From IMG/VR virus record IMGVR_UViG_3300044723_006508, positions 1-29,165 of that record: a stretch of 29,165 nt of DNA; one strand, 5' to 3'. Of this stretch, positions 18,166-25,841 are shown in pieces. Both the position numbers and the translations under genes were made by a program. Every line of letters begins with the position of its first letter. Position 1 is the first letter of the stretch. Under the pieces are notes generated by a model, which saw only the letters and a program-made list of their open reading frames with translations, searched no databases and was not told the origin of the DNA. This DNA is from a virus (taxonomy: Duplodnaviria > Caudoviricetes).

Positions 18166-18342
18166 TTATTTATCAGCGTTTTTTACGTCTTGTATTTCTT
18201 TCCTGCGGACTTTAGCAAGTTTGGTAATTTCAGCTAGTGCTTTACGAGCTCTAGTACCTGCTGCTTTATTACCAGCTCCGTCAAATTTGTCACTTTCAGT
18301 AACATAGGTTTCAAATAAAGATTTTAACATTTCATGTGTCAT
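18166..18342 (-). CDS. Small basic protein, Hc1/histone-H1-like (58 aa)
   Basis: Below the ORF-track cutoff. Translated by hand: MTHEMLKSLFETYVTESDKFDGAGNKAAGTRARKALAEITKLAKVRRKEIQDVKNADK*. Strong SD AAGGAG. The GNKAAGTRARK motif resembles the N-terminal domain of Hc1/bacterial 'histone H1' proteins. Fills the gp5-gp25 gap. Confidence 0.8.
   Translation of the reverse strand: MTHEMLKSLFETYVTESDKFDGAGNKAAGTRARKALAEITKLAKVRRKEIQDVKNADK
18167..18174 (-). promoter_or_regulatory. Putative T4-type late promoter (GATAAATA) upstream of gp25
   Basis: NATAAATA about 22 nt before the gp25 start, overlapping the stop of the small basic gene. Confidence 0.6.
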
Positions 18343-18356
18343 AGTTTACTCCTTTG

Positions 18357-19532
18357 TTATGTTCCTGGTGTAGGTGGTACATTAAGTGCAGTATGCTTGT
18401 GCGTTGTTAATCCAACTTGTAGACCAGGTGCGCCTGCTGTTACTGTAAGACCTGTTATAGCACCAGAAGCAGTTAGTGTTGTAGCAGAAACAGAACCACT
18501 GGTTAATGTAAAGGCACCGCTTGCTGCTGTTGTAGTAAACGCTCCATTATAAATGTGAGTAGCTGTACCACCAACAGCGCGTATATCAGCGCCAGTAATT
18601 TTAACTGTAGAGGTACCAGTAATTTCTTGTGTGCTTGAACCAATAACTTGAAGTTTATCGAGGCCTCCAACAAATATGTCTCTCTGACCAAACATTCCTA
18701 ATGTTTGACCACCGACAATAAATTTATCCTCACTCTTACCGACTGTTGTATACATATTACCTGCTACGTTTAATTCGTAGTCACCAGCAATATTTGTACG
18801 CATACTACCGTCAACAGTTAAGTTAATATCACCTTTAATATTTACAAAGCTTGAACCACAGATAATTTCGTAGTTATCACCGATTACTTTAACAATTTTG
18901 TCTCCGCTTGGAGATCTACGTTCATCATACCCGCCGTTGCAGTCATATGTTACTTGTCTAGTCAAGAAATCATAGCTTCCACCCCCGTCTTCGTCCATGT
19001 CAAATGGACCGAATACTGTTTCAGTCATGAAACCTGCTTCTGAAGCTACGGTCTGGACGTAAGGATATCTTTTATCATCCGGCTCTTCTGGCTCATCCCA
19101 TGTGGTACCACCAGACGCACCTAATGTAATACCTGTTACCCGAGAATCCTTTCTCAACTTAGATTGAGCTGATTCGTAATTTTCTTCTACACGTGCAGCT
19201 CTTGGTAGTTCTGACTCTACAGTACCGTCAGCATTATTTCTATAGCCTGGAATCTGACCCATAATCATTGGACGTTGAGCTTTGTCACCATCCATAAAGA
19301 AACCAAATACCCATACACCAATACCTAAACCGGTTGGAGCAGCTGCAGGAGCTGTCACAGGCTGTATAGTTTGAGCCCAGGGTAAATCAGTAGTAGGGAG
19401 TTCTTCTTTTGAAGGATGCCAGCCAAAGCATCTTACTCTTACTCTACCTACTTTTAAAGGATCGTTTCTGTCTTCTACTTCGCCAATAAACCAAGTAAAG
19501 TTATATCCTAAAAAATCATTCTTAAAATCCAT
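18357..19532 (-). CDS. gp5: Baseplate central spike (T4 gp5-like; OB fold + beta-helix, no lysozyme domain)
   Basis: WFIGEVEDRNDPLKVGRVRVRCFGWH, LPWA and GVWVFGFFMDGDKAQRPMIMG (gp5 OB fold); VxG-type beta-helix repeats; C-terminal LTTHKH. Confidence 0.92.
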   Translation of the reverse strand: MDFKNDFLGYNFTWFIGEVEDRNDPLKVGRVRVRCFGWHPSKEELPTTDLPWAQTIQPVTAPAAAPTGLGIGVWVFGFFMDGDKAQRPMIMGQIPGYRNNADGTVESELPRAARVEENYESAQSKLRKDSRVTGITLGASGGTTWDEPEEPDDKRYPYVQTVASEAGFMTETVFGPFDMDEDGGGSYDFLTRQVTYDCNGGYDERRSPSGDKIVKVIGDNYEIICGSSFVNIKGDINLTVDGSMRTNIAGDYELNVAGNMYTTVGKSEDKFIVGGQTLGMFGQRDIFVGGLDKLQVIGSSTQEITGTSTVKITGADIRAVGGTATHIYNGAFTTTAASGAFTLTSGSVSATTLTASGAITGLTVTAGAPGLQVGLTTHKHTALNVPPTPGT

Positions 19533-21469
19533 TACTCACCTCCACCAGTGACAGCAGATGATGCTGAATCTTTTAATGCTGCCGCGTCTGCTTTCACATC
19601 TGTTATAGGGCCTTTAAAAATAGGTATTTTTTCAAGCAACGCTATAATTCTAATAAGCTTAGCCATTTTAGCAGGAGACACATTCAGTGCAGATAAAACT
19701 TTTGTTGTTGCTAGGGTTACACCAGCTGCCACTGCTGCGTTCTTAATATTTTCTACAGCGTTCTCTGCTAACTCTTGACCTTGAGCTGCGATATCATCGC
19801 TGGCAGAATCTAAAGTTTGATCCAGGCTGTTACTTAACGTAGCTTCATCTGTTACAACATCAGAGGCACCTTCTGCATTAGGATCTGCAGCTGCAGCTGT
19901 GGCATCAGAAAGAGATTTATCTACTTCACTTGTAGCTTTTTCAGTTACAACTGATAAGGCTTTTCCTTCTGCACTGGCAACTAATGTGCTAATAGTACCT
20001 GCATTTAGATTAATATTTTTATCAGTAGTAACACCATACTCGTTGGTTTCTTGGCCAATATATTGTATTGCTTTGGTAATGAGCGTACTTTTAACATCAT
20101 CAGTATCGCTAAACTGTATTTGTACACCACTTAAATCGGTAGCAAAAGACTCTTTAACACATTGTAGTATAGAGACATAATCTCCATTTACAGTTAGTTT
20201 TGTCGTTACAGAAGTGATGAGAAAAGTTGGATTACTACCAAAATGTTCAATAAAAGGGTCATCATTTCCTTCTCTGTCTTTATTTGAAGGTATATAAAGT
20301 TGTACGATATCACCAGCATTCAAATTTAAGTTAACTGGTACTGTAACATCAATACCATGTTGTCTTATAGAAGCAAGTTGAGCAGCAATAAGAGGTGTTT
20401 TTCTAAATCTTTCACGGCCATGAAAAACATAAGGATCATTATCTGCTGTTATTCTGCTATCAAACGTAATATTGTTACTAGACTTAAGTTTAGCAAGATC
20501 AGCTACTTGTAATCTACTGTGAGCTGGTCCGGGTATTTCACTAGCTAACACATTAGTTCTTGAAAGATTGATAGTTGGTTTACCACCGGCAACAATATGC
20601 GGTAGTTTATCAAAGTCAAGAGCGTAATTAAAACCAGCCTCCGAGTATGTTTTTGTTAAAGGATCAATAACGGCTACGTCGTTCTCATACAAACCTTTTA
20701 TCAATAAGTCAATAGTATCTACATTGTCTAAAAATGTATGACCTATTATAGTTCTTTCTACATCATAGGCACCTGGGACAGCAGGATCACTAAAATAATA
20801 TACATTAGAAGCATCAGGTTCTTGCTGCAAAAGACCGCTTAATGTACGAAAGTTAAATCCTTGTGTCGTTTCGTAGAAAAGAAAATGTGATGCATCATTA
20901 TATGCTTTTGATCTACACTCTTTACCTATAATATCAATAGCTTCAAATGGATTGTGTCCTACAGGCGTGTAAGGTACTACATTTTCACATTCTTCTACAA
21001 CTAAACCTTTTCCGTTTTGTATGTCGATAAAGTTTGTAAAGATATCACTTACGGCTTCATGTCCTAACTTATCTTTATAGGTATTTGTTACGTATTTTGT
21101 TAAATTTTGCTCAAGTTCAATGGAAGAGCAGTGAAGAGTGTATACAGATGTACCGGCATTGAGTTCTGTTTTATTACCAACTCTATGTACTTTAAAAGTA
21201 AGATTGGATGAAGTACCTAATAATGAATCGTTATTAGAACTAAACGTGATTGCTACAAATTCTTGACCAGTCATAGGTGTATCAATCAAACCTAACGAAT
21301 CTCTGATAACAAAATCCGCAGAAAGTGTTTGATTGAATATACTTTCGTATATGTTGAATTCTAAAACAAGACGAGTTACATCAACAGTATTAGAGTCACT
21401 GTCAATAAAAGTTATAGTATGACTTAAATTACCGCCATACGGATTATCTTTATCAGTAAATATACTCAT
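19532..21469 (-). CDS. Baseplate hub protein (T4 gp27-like) with Ala-rich C-terminal extension
   Basis: FNIYESIF...DSLGLIDTPMTGQE, FLFYETTQGFNFRTL and IDVTVPxNLNLNAGDIVQL motifs typical of hub proteins; between gp53 and gp5, with TAATG coupling on both sides. Confidence 0.7.
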   Translation of the reverse strand: MSIFTDKDNPYGGNLSHTITFIDSDSNTVDVTRLVLEFNIYESIFNQTLSADFVIRDSLGLIDTPMTGQEFVAITFSSNNDSLLGTSSNLTFKVHRVGNKTELNAGTSVYTLHCSSIELEQNLTKYVTNTYKDKLGHEAVSDIFTNFIDIQNGKGLVVEECENVVPYTPVGHNPFEAIDIIGKECRSKAYNDASHFLFYETTQGFNFRTLSGLLQQEPDASNVYYFSDPAVPGAYDVERTIIGHTFLDNVDTIDLLIKGLYENDVAVIDPLTKTYSEAGFNYALDFDKLPHIVAGGKPTINLSRTNVLASEIPGPAHSRLQVADLAKLKSSNNITFDSRITADNDPYVFHGRERFRKTPLIAAQLASIRQHGIDVTVPVNLNLNAGDIVQLYIPSNKDREGNDDPFIEHFGSNPTFLITSVTTKLTVNGDYVSILQCVKESFATDLSGVQIQFSDTDDVKSTLITKAIQYIGQETNEYGVTTDKNINLNAGTISTLVASAEGKALSVVTEKATSEVDKSLSDATAAAADPNAEGASDVVTDEATLSNSLDQTLDSASDDIAAQGQELAENAVENIKNAAVAAGVTLATTKVLSALNVSPAKMAKLIRIIALLEKIPIFKGPITDVKADAAALKDSASSAVTGGGE

Positions 21470-22038
21470 TATGTATTAAACACGGTTTTAACTTGTGTGA
21501 GTAACGAAGGTAGAAACTCATCACTTAGTAATTTTATGCTTCTTTTAGCATCATTAGCTTCAACTTCATATTCGTATGCGGTTACTATCTTTCTTTGTGC
21601 ACTAGGTGACGCATTGTATGTAGTTAGATCTATTTGCTCATATTTTTCAGGTATAATTGTACCATCGTATAAAACTTGATGTGCTTGCACTAAAAGCTCA
21701 TAGTGGTGAACTTGTTCATTAGCTGCAGTAATGCTTCCATATTTTTTTACAATGTACCTATTAAGACCAGCTGTACTCATTGGCCAATCAAACTCAGGAT
21801 CAACTATATCATTAACAAGATATACAACCCAATCTAACGTTGCATCGCCGTAATATTTGAATGCTATTGTATCAGCTCTTTCACCTTCTTTGACTGAATA
21901 ATCATAATAGATAGCCTCTTGTCTTTGAAAAGCTTCTACAATTTTAAAACGAGTCATAATATTAGTAAGAAGCTCGCTCTTATTATTCTTTTTTACATCG
22001 TACTGTATTAACGGAAAGTTTCTAAAATAAAAGGCCAT
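21469..22038 (-). CDS. gp53: Baseplate wedge subunit (T4 gp53-like, LysM-like)
   Basis: YFRNFPLIQY, YSVKEGERADTIAFKYYGD, WVVYLVNDIVDPxFDWP and YEYEVEANDAKRSIKLL motifs. Confidence 0.93.
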   Translation of the reverse strand: MAFYFRNFPLIQYDVKKNNKSELLTNIMTRFKIVEAFQRQEAIYYDYSVKEGERADTIAFKYYGDATLDWVVYLVNDIVDPEFDWPMSTAGLNRYIVKKYGSITAANEQVHHYELLVQAHQVLYDGTIIPEKYEQIDLTTYNASPSAQRKIVTAYEYEVEANDAKRSIKLLSDEFLPSLLTQVKTVFNT

Positions 22039-22040
22039 TT

Positions 22041-23123
22041 TTATCTACCTTGTCTTACTTCTTTCTTAGTTACGATCGTATCTTCTACAAACGACATGTT
22101 TATTGTTACACTATACGGTGCATTTGTATCTTCGAAGAAAACAGGGCCGCCCTCACCTGTATAATTTACATCGAACGAAGTTAAAAATGAATCTCCTATC
22201 TTAAACAAGTAATCGCCAGCACGAAGAATTATTTCAAACTGAGACGGATAGCTGAACACGTGTCCTTCAGCTTTATAATCTGGTGCCATATGATATTTAA
22301 AATTACGTATTAAATCTCTAATGGTATCACTTTCTTGTCTGTTTTTAGCGATTAACTTATACTGGAAATTATGTCGTCTAAATTCTACTCCAGTAAAAAC
22401 GTTAGCAATGTGCGGATTTCTTGCAATACCTAGTCCCCGTAAAGCACCGGTGCCAATATTACCTAACGATGCACCTACTAATGCACCGCCAACTCCTCCT
22501 GTTAGTAAGCCAACAAGAGCTGAGGTCGCGGATTCTGCTCCTGCAGCACCTATACCAAGGTTAGCAAGTGATCCTCTTATATTCTCTTCTGCTAAAACAT
22601 TAGATTCATTAAAAGCATTTTGAAGATCACTGATAAAATTACCGCTGCCAGTAGATTGAAAATTTTCTGCTACTTGTCTACCCGCCTCGCCAAGTACTCC
22701 AAGTTCAGCTGAACTGTTGTATTGTGCGTTGTATGATGTTTGTAGACTTGAAGGTACAGGTAGAGCGAATGAATGAGCGGGTTGAGAGATATTAACACCA
22801 AAATTTTCTAACTTTTTGGCAAACCCTCCAATTGCTTTTACACCAGCTCTAACTTTATTACCAATGCCTGCTGCTAATATTTTTTGTGATTGAGATACCG
22901 TTTCACCTGTTTCTACATTTTCAGTAGACGTAGTAACACCAATATATTTTACTTTTGTATCAGCAAGACTAGATAATTTAAATCTCTTTTTTGCTCTAAA
23001 TACTATAAAATAAGGAGCTTCATTAAGATCGCTAGGAAAATATGTTGTATCATATTTTGCACCTACTTCTAGAGATGCTAGAGGTCCATCGGCTTCATTG
23101 CCACCGAAATTAATTATAGGCAT
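22041..23123 (-). CDS. gp48: Baseplate tail-tube cap (T4 gp48-like)
   Basis: FALPVPSSLQTSY, NPHIANVFTGVEFRRHNFQYKL, IRNFKYHMAP, YPSQFEI and FLTSFDVNYT motifs; next to gp53. Confidence 0.85.
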   Translation of the reverse strand: MPIINFGGNEADGPLASLEVGAKYDTTYFPSDLNEAPYFIVFRAKKRFKLSSLADTKVKYIGVTTSTENVETGETVSQSQKILAAGIGNKVRAGVKAIGGFAKKLENFGVNISQPAHSFALPVPSSLQTSYNAQYNSSAELGVLGEAGRQVAENFQSTGSGNFISDLQNAFNESNVLAEENIRGSLANLGIGAAGAESATSALVGLLTGGVGGALVGASLGNIGTGALRGLGIARNPHIANVFTGVEFRRHNFQYKLIAKNRQESDTIRDLIRNFKYHMAPDYKAEGHVFSYPSQFEIILRAGDYLFKIGDSFLTSFDVNYTGEGGPVFFEDTNAPYSVTINMSFVEDTIVTKKEVRQGR

Positions 23124-23133
23124 TTTTTATCCC

Positions 23134-23571
23134 GTGAATACGTATAAAGGTTATTATAAACCTAAGAATCCTAGTAAGTATTTAGGTGACCCGACAAACA
23201 TTGTTTATAGAAGTTCTTGGGAACTACAATGTATGGTATATTTTGATAAAAACGACAATATTCTTAAATGGGGCTCTGAAGAAGTTGTAATACCTTATCG
23301 CTCACCACTAGATAATAGAGTACATCGATACTTTGTAGACTTTGTTATTAAAGTACGTACTGCTGATAATACGACAGAGACACATCTCATTGAAGTAAAA
23401 CCTTTCAGGCAAACTAAGCCACCCGAAATACGTAAAAGAAAAACTAAAAAATATCTTAACGAAGTTACTACCTATCTTGTAAATGAAGCAAAATGGAAAG
23501 CTGCAACTGAGTTCTGTAAAGATAGAAGATGGAAGTTTCAAATAATTACAGAAAACGAGCTCGGAAGATAA
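23134..23571 (+). CDS. gp4: Head completion protein (T4 gene 4 product-like, TnsA-type PD-(D/E)xK fold)
   Basis: YKGYYKPKNPSKYLGDPTNIVYRSSWE, WGSEE, HRYFVDF, IEVKP and NEAKWKAA motifs. Start moved from the track's 23098, which overlaps gp48 on the other strand, to the in-frame GTG at 23134. Confidence 0.9.
   Translation: MNTYKGYYKPKNPSKYLGDPTNIVYRSSWELQCMVYFDKNDNILKWGSEEVVIPYRSPLDNRVHRYFVDFVIKVRTADNTTETHLIEVKPFRQTKPPEIRKRKTKKYLNEVTTYLVNEAKWKAATEFCKDRRWKFQIITENELGR
23179..23186 (-). promoter_or_regulatory. Possible late promoter (CCTAAATA) for the gp48-gp53-hub-gp5 operon, inside gp4
   Basis: TAAATA-type motif on the minus strand about 55 nt upstream of the gp48 ATG; the gp48/gp4 gap is only 10 nt. 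Confidence 0.4.
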
Positions 23572-23579
23572 GATAAATA
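23572..23579 (+). promoter_or_regulatory. Putative T4-type late promoter (GATAAATA) upstream of gp2
   Basis: NATAAATA in the 13-nt gp4-gp2 gap, ending 5 nt before the ATG. Confidence 0.65.
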
Positions 23580-23584
23580 TTCGA

Positions 23585-24175
23585 ATGGTAGCTTACGTAT
23601 TCGATACTGTACTAACTAGAGGCATGCAAGCCGGACAAGTTCCTGCTCGTACCAGTGAGGCTAGAAATTGGTACAGAAATGCAGCTCAACAAGTAAATGT
23701 AACTCCTTCCAGATTAATGAAGGAGAATAGATCTAAGTTTACAACAGGCACAGAGCCAGGCTCTATGATGATGTTTAACTATGATCCAAAACTCAAAAGA
23801 GACTTGCCTTATTACGATACCTTTCCATTAATATTTGTTGTAGGTCCTGCAGAAGGTGGCTTTCACGGATTAAATATGCATTATCTTCCGTTAAAACAAA
23901 GAGCAATGTTAATGGATGCGTTGTACGATCTTACTACAAATAGTAGATATGATGACAGTACAAAATTAAGACTTAGTTACCAGTTGTTGAAGAAAGCTTC
24001 AACATACAAATATTTTAAACCGTGCTTTAAGCACTATTTACACAGACATGTTAAATCGAGAAAGATGCTTATTGATTCTGTTGAATGGGATATCGCTTTA
24101 TTCTTACCTATTCAACGATTCCAGAAAGCAAGTTCTGCTCAGGTTTATTCAGATAGTCTTAGGAAGGCTGGCTAA
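23585..24175 (+). CDS. gp2: DNA end protector protein (T4 gp2-like)
   Basis: PGSMMMFNYDPKLKRDLPYYDTFPLI, GFHGLNMHYLP, PCFKHYL and EWDIALFLP motifs. Confidence 0.93.
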   Translation: MVAYVFDTVLTRGMQAGQVPARTSEARNWYRNAAQQVNVTPSRLMKENRSKFTTGTEPGSMMMFNYDPKLKRDLPYYDTFPLIFVVGPAEGGFHGLNMHYLPLKQRAMLMDALYDLTTNSRYDDSTKLRLSYQLLKKASTYKYFKPCFKHYLHRHVKSRKMLIDSVEWDIALFLPIQRFQKASSAQVYSDSLRKAG

Positions 24176-24939
24176 TGGCTTTTAACGTATCAGATTTTAG
24201 AGCTAATGTAGTTGGTGACAATTCTCGCAGTGTATCAAAACAGTCACATTACGAGCTTGTTGTAAATTTACCAAGAAAGATAATTTTATCTAATAGAAGT
24301 AGACAGGCTTTTGAGAATATAAGATTTAGAGTTGAAACTGCTGAAATACCTGGACGTGCGATTACACCAACCAACTATAAGCACTTAGGTTACGGATTGA
24401 CATCTAAGATTGGTTATGATGTTAACTATCCAGATGTTACTGTTACTCTTCTATGTGGTGCTGATCTTGGAGAAAAATCTTTCTTTCATGCGTGGCAAAG
24501 CTCTATCGTTGGTAATCATTCACGTAACCAGGATAATAGAGCACATCAAAGTATTGGATACTATAATGATTATACATCATCAATTGGTATTATTCAATAT
24601 GATGAAACAGGTAAAGTAGTATACTCGCTTGGTTTAGCTGAAGCTTATCCTATTGTTGTTAACTCGCTACCTTTGAGTTGGAACAGCGAAGATCTTCATA
24701 GATTAACCGTACAATTCTCATTTAAACACTTTTTTGAGTCTGATGAGCCGTCAGCAGGCAAAGGCGCTCGCAAAAATACAGCTGGCGCTGCACTTACAAT
24801 TAATGGTTTACCAAGCATCGACGATGCATTAGAGGGTGCAGGTCTACCCCGTATAGGCGAAATTTTAAATATTCCGTTATTTGATACTAATAACATTACA
24901 CTATCAGGAGCGTCAGATTATTCTGGTCTTTTTGATTAA
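24175..24939 (+). CDS. Tail-tube-fold baseplate protein (T4 gp54 tube initiator-like)
   Basis: FNVSDFRA, AEIPGRAI, FFHAWQ, YYNDY...IIQYD and EAYPIVVNSLPLSW...LTVQFSFK (gp19/gp54 fold); between gp2 and gp26. Confidence 0.75.
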   Translation: MAFNVSDFRANVVGDNSRSVSKQSHYELVVNLPRKIILSNRSRQAFENIRFRVETAEIPGRAITPTNYKHLGYGLTSKIGYDVNYPDVTVTLLCGADLGEKSFFHAWQSSIVGNHSRNQDNRAHQSIGYYNDYTSSIGIIQYDETGKVVYSLGLAEAYPIVVNSLPLSWNSEDLHRLTVQFSFKHFFESDEPSAGKGARKNTAGAALTINGLPSIDDALEGAGLPRIGEILNIPLFDTNNITLSGASDYSGLFD

Positions 24940-24954
24940 TTTTGAGGTTAAATT

Positions 24955-25668
24955 ATGCTACCTAATTTACAGAACCCTGAGTTCGAACTTAAACTACCGT
25001 CTACTGGTGAAGTAGTACATTATAGACCATTCTTAGTAAAAGAAGAAAAAATACTTCTTATTGCATTAGAGGGTGGTAGCGCAGAAGAAATTACTAACGC
25101 TATCTACCAAATTATACGTAACTGTGTTCGAGCTGAATCGACCGATGTTATGGATATGACTTACTTTGATATTGAATATATTTTCCTTAATATTAGAGCT
25201 AAGTCTATTGATAATATTATAAAGCTTAAACTTTCTCACGGTACAGAATCCGAATGCACTAAGCAGACCGATTTTGAATTAGATATTAATGATGTTGATA
25301 TTGTTTATCCAAACGGACATGAAAGAAGAGTAATGCTGGATAACAATATAGGTCTATTAATGAAGTATCCAAGCTTGAAAGATCAGCAACAAATTGAAGA
25401 CGATGTTTCAGGTTCTGACGTAGAAAAGGTATTTACAGCGATAGCAACGTGTATTGAGAATGTATTTGATACCGATAACGTTTATGAAGATAGTACACTA
25501 GCAGAAAGAATACAATTTTTAGAAAATTTAACTAAAGTGCAGTTTGATAAAATCCTAGCGTTTTATAGAACTTTACCAGCATTGCAGCATGAGATAAAGT
25601 ATACATGCGATGAGTGTGGTAAGGAAGAATCTATAACGCTGAGGGGGATGCAGAGTTTTTTCGCTTAA
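24955..25668 (+). CDS. gp26: Baseplate hub assembly protein (T4 gp26-like)
   Basis: LPxLxxPEFELKLPSTG, YRPFLVKEEKILL, FDIEYIFLNIRAKS, MKYPS, a C-terminal CxxC and GMQSFF; SD GAGGT. Confidence 0.9.
   Translation: MLPNLQNPEFELKLPSTGEVVHYRPFLVKEEKILLIALEGGSAEEITNAIYQIIRNCVRAESTDVMDMTYFDIEYIFLNIRAKSIDNIIKLKLSHGTESECTKQTDFELDINDVDIVYPNGHERRVMLDNNIGLLMKYPSLKDQQQIEDDVSGSDVEKVFTAIATCIENVFDTDNVYEDSTLAERIQFLENLTKVQFDKILAFYRTLPALQHEIKYTCDECGKEESITLRGMQSFFA
25656..25662 (+). other. Candidate -1 programmed ribosomal frameshift site T-TTT-TTC (gp26 to gp51)
   Basis: X-XXY-YYZ heptamer in the gp26 frame. The -1 frame is open and continuous with gp51. SD-like GAGGGGG at 25641-25647. Confidence 0.6.
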
Positions 25669-25841
25669 TGCTCAGTCATAACAGCTTAGCGAATATGTAT
25701 AATACTAATTTTTCGTTAATGCATCACCATAAATATTCGTTGACTGAGCTAGAAAATATGATGCCATTTGAAAGAGATTTATATGTACAGATGCTCGTCA
25801 ATTATCTTCAACAATTAGAAGAACAAAGAAGAAATCAATAA
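25668..25841 (+). CDS. gp51: Baseplate hub assembly catalyst (gp51-like, 57 aa)
   Basis: Below the track cutoff. Translated by hand: MLSHNSLANMYNTNFSLMHHHKYSLTELENMMPFERDLYVQMLVNYLQQLEEQRRNQ*, with the NFxLMxHHKYSLTExENMxPxERxxY signature. Fills the gp26-TMP gap exactly. Confidence 0.88.
   Translation: MLSHNSLANMYNTNFSLMHHHKYSLTELENMMPFERDLYVQMLVNYLQQLEEQRRNQ
25728..25735 (+). promoter_or_regulatory. Possible late promoter (CATAAATA) inside gp51, upstream of the tape-measure gene
   Basis: ATAAATATTCG, identical over 11 nt to the gp2 promoter region. Confidence 0.4.

Noticed and set aside
23098-23571. TnsA-like transposase or homing endonuclease as a mobile element
   Set aside because: Motifs and position between gp48 and gp2 identify the core head-completion gene; no flanking repeats or other transposon genes are present.
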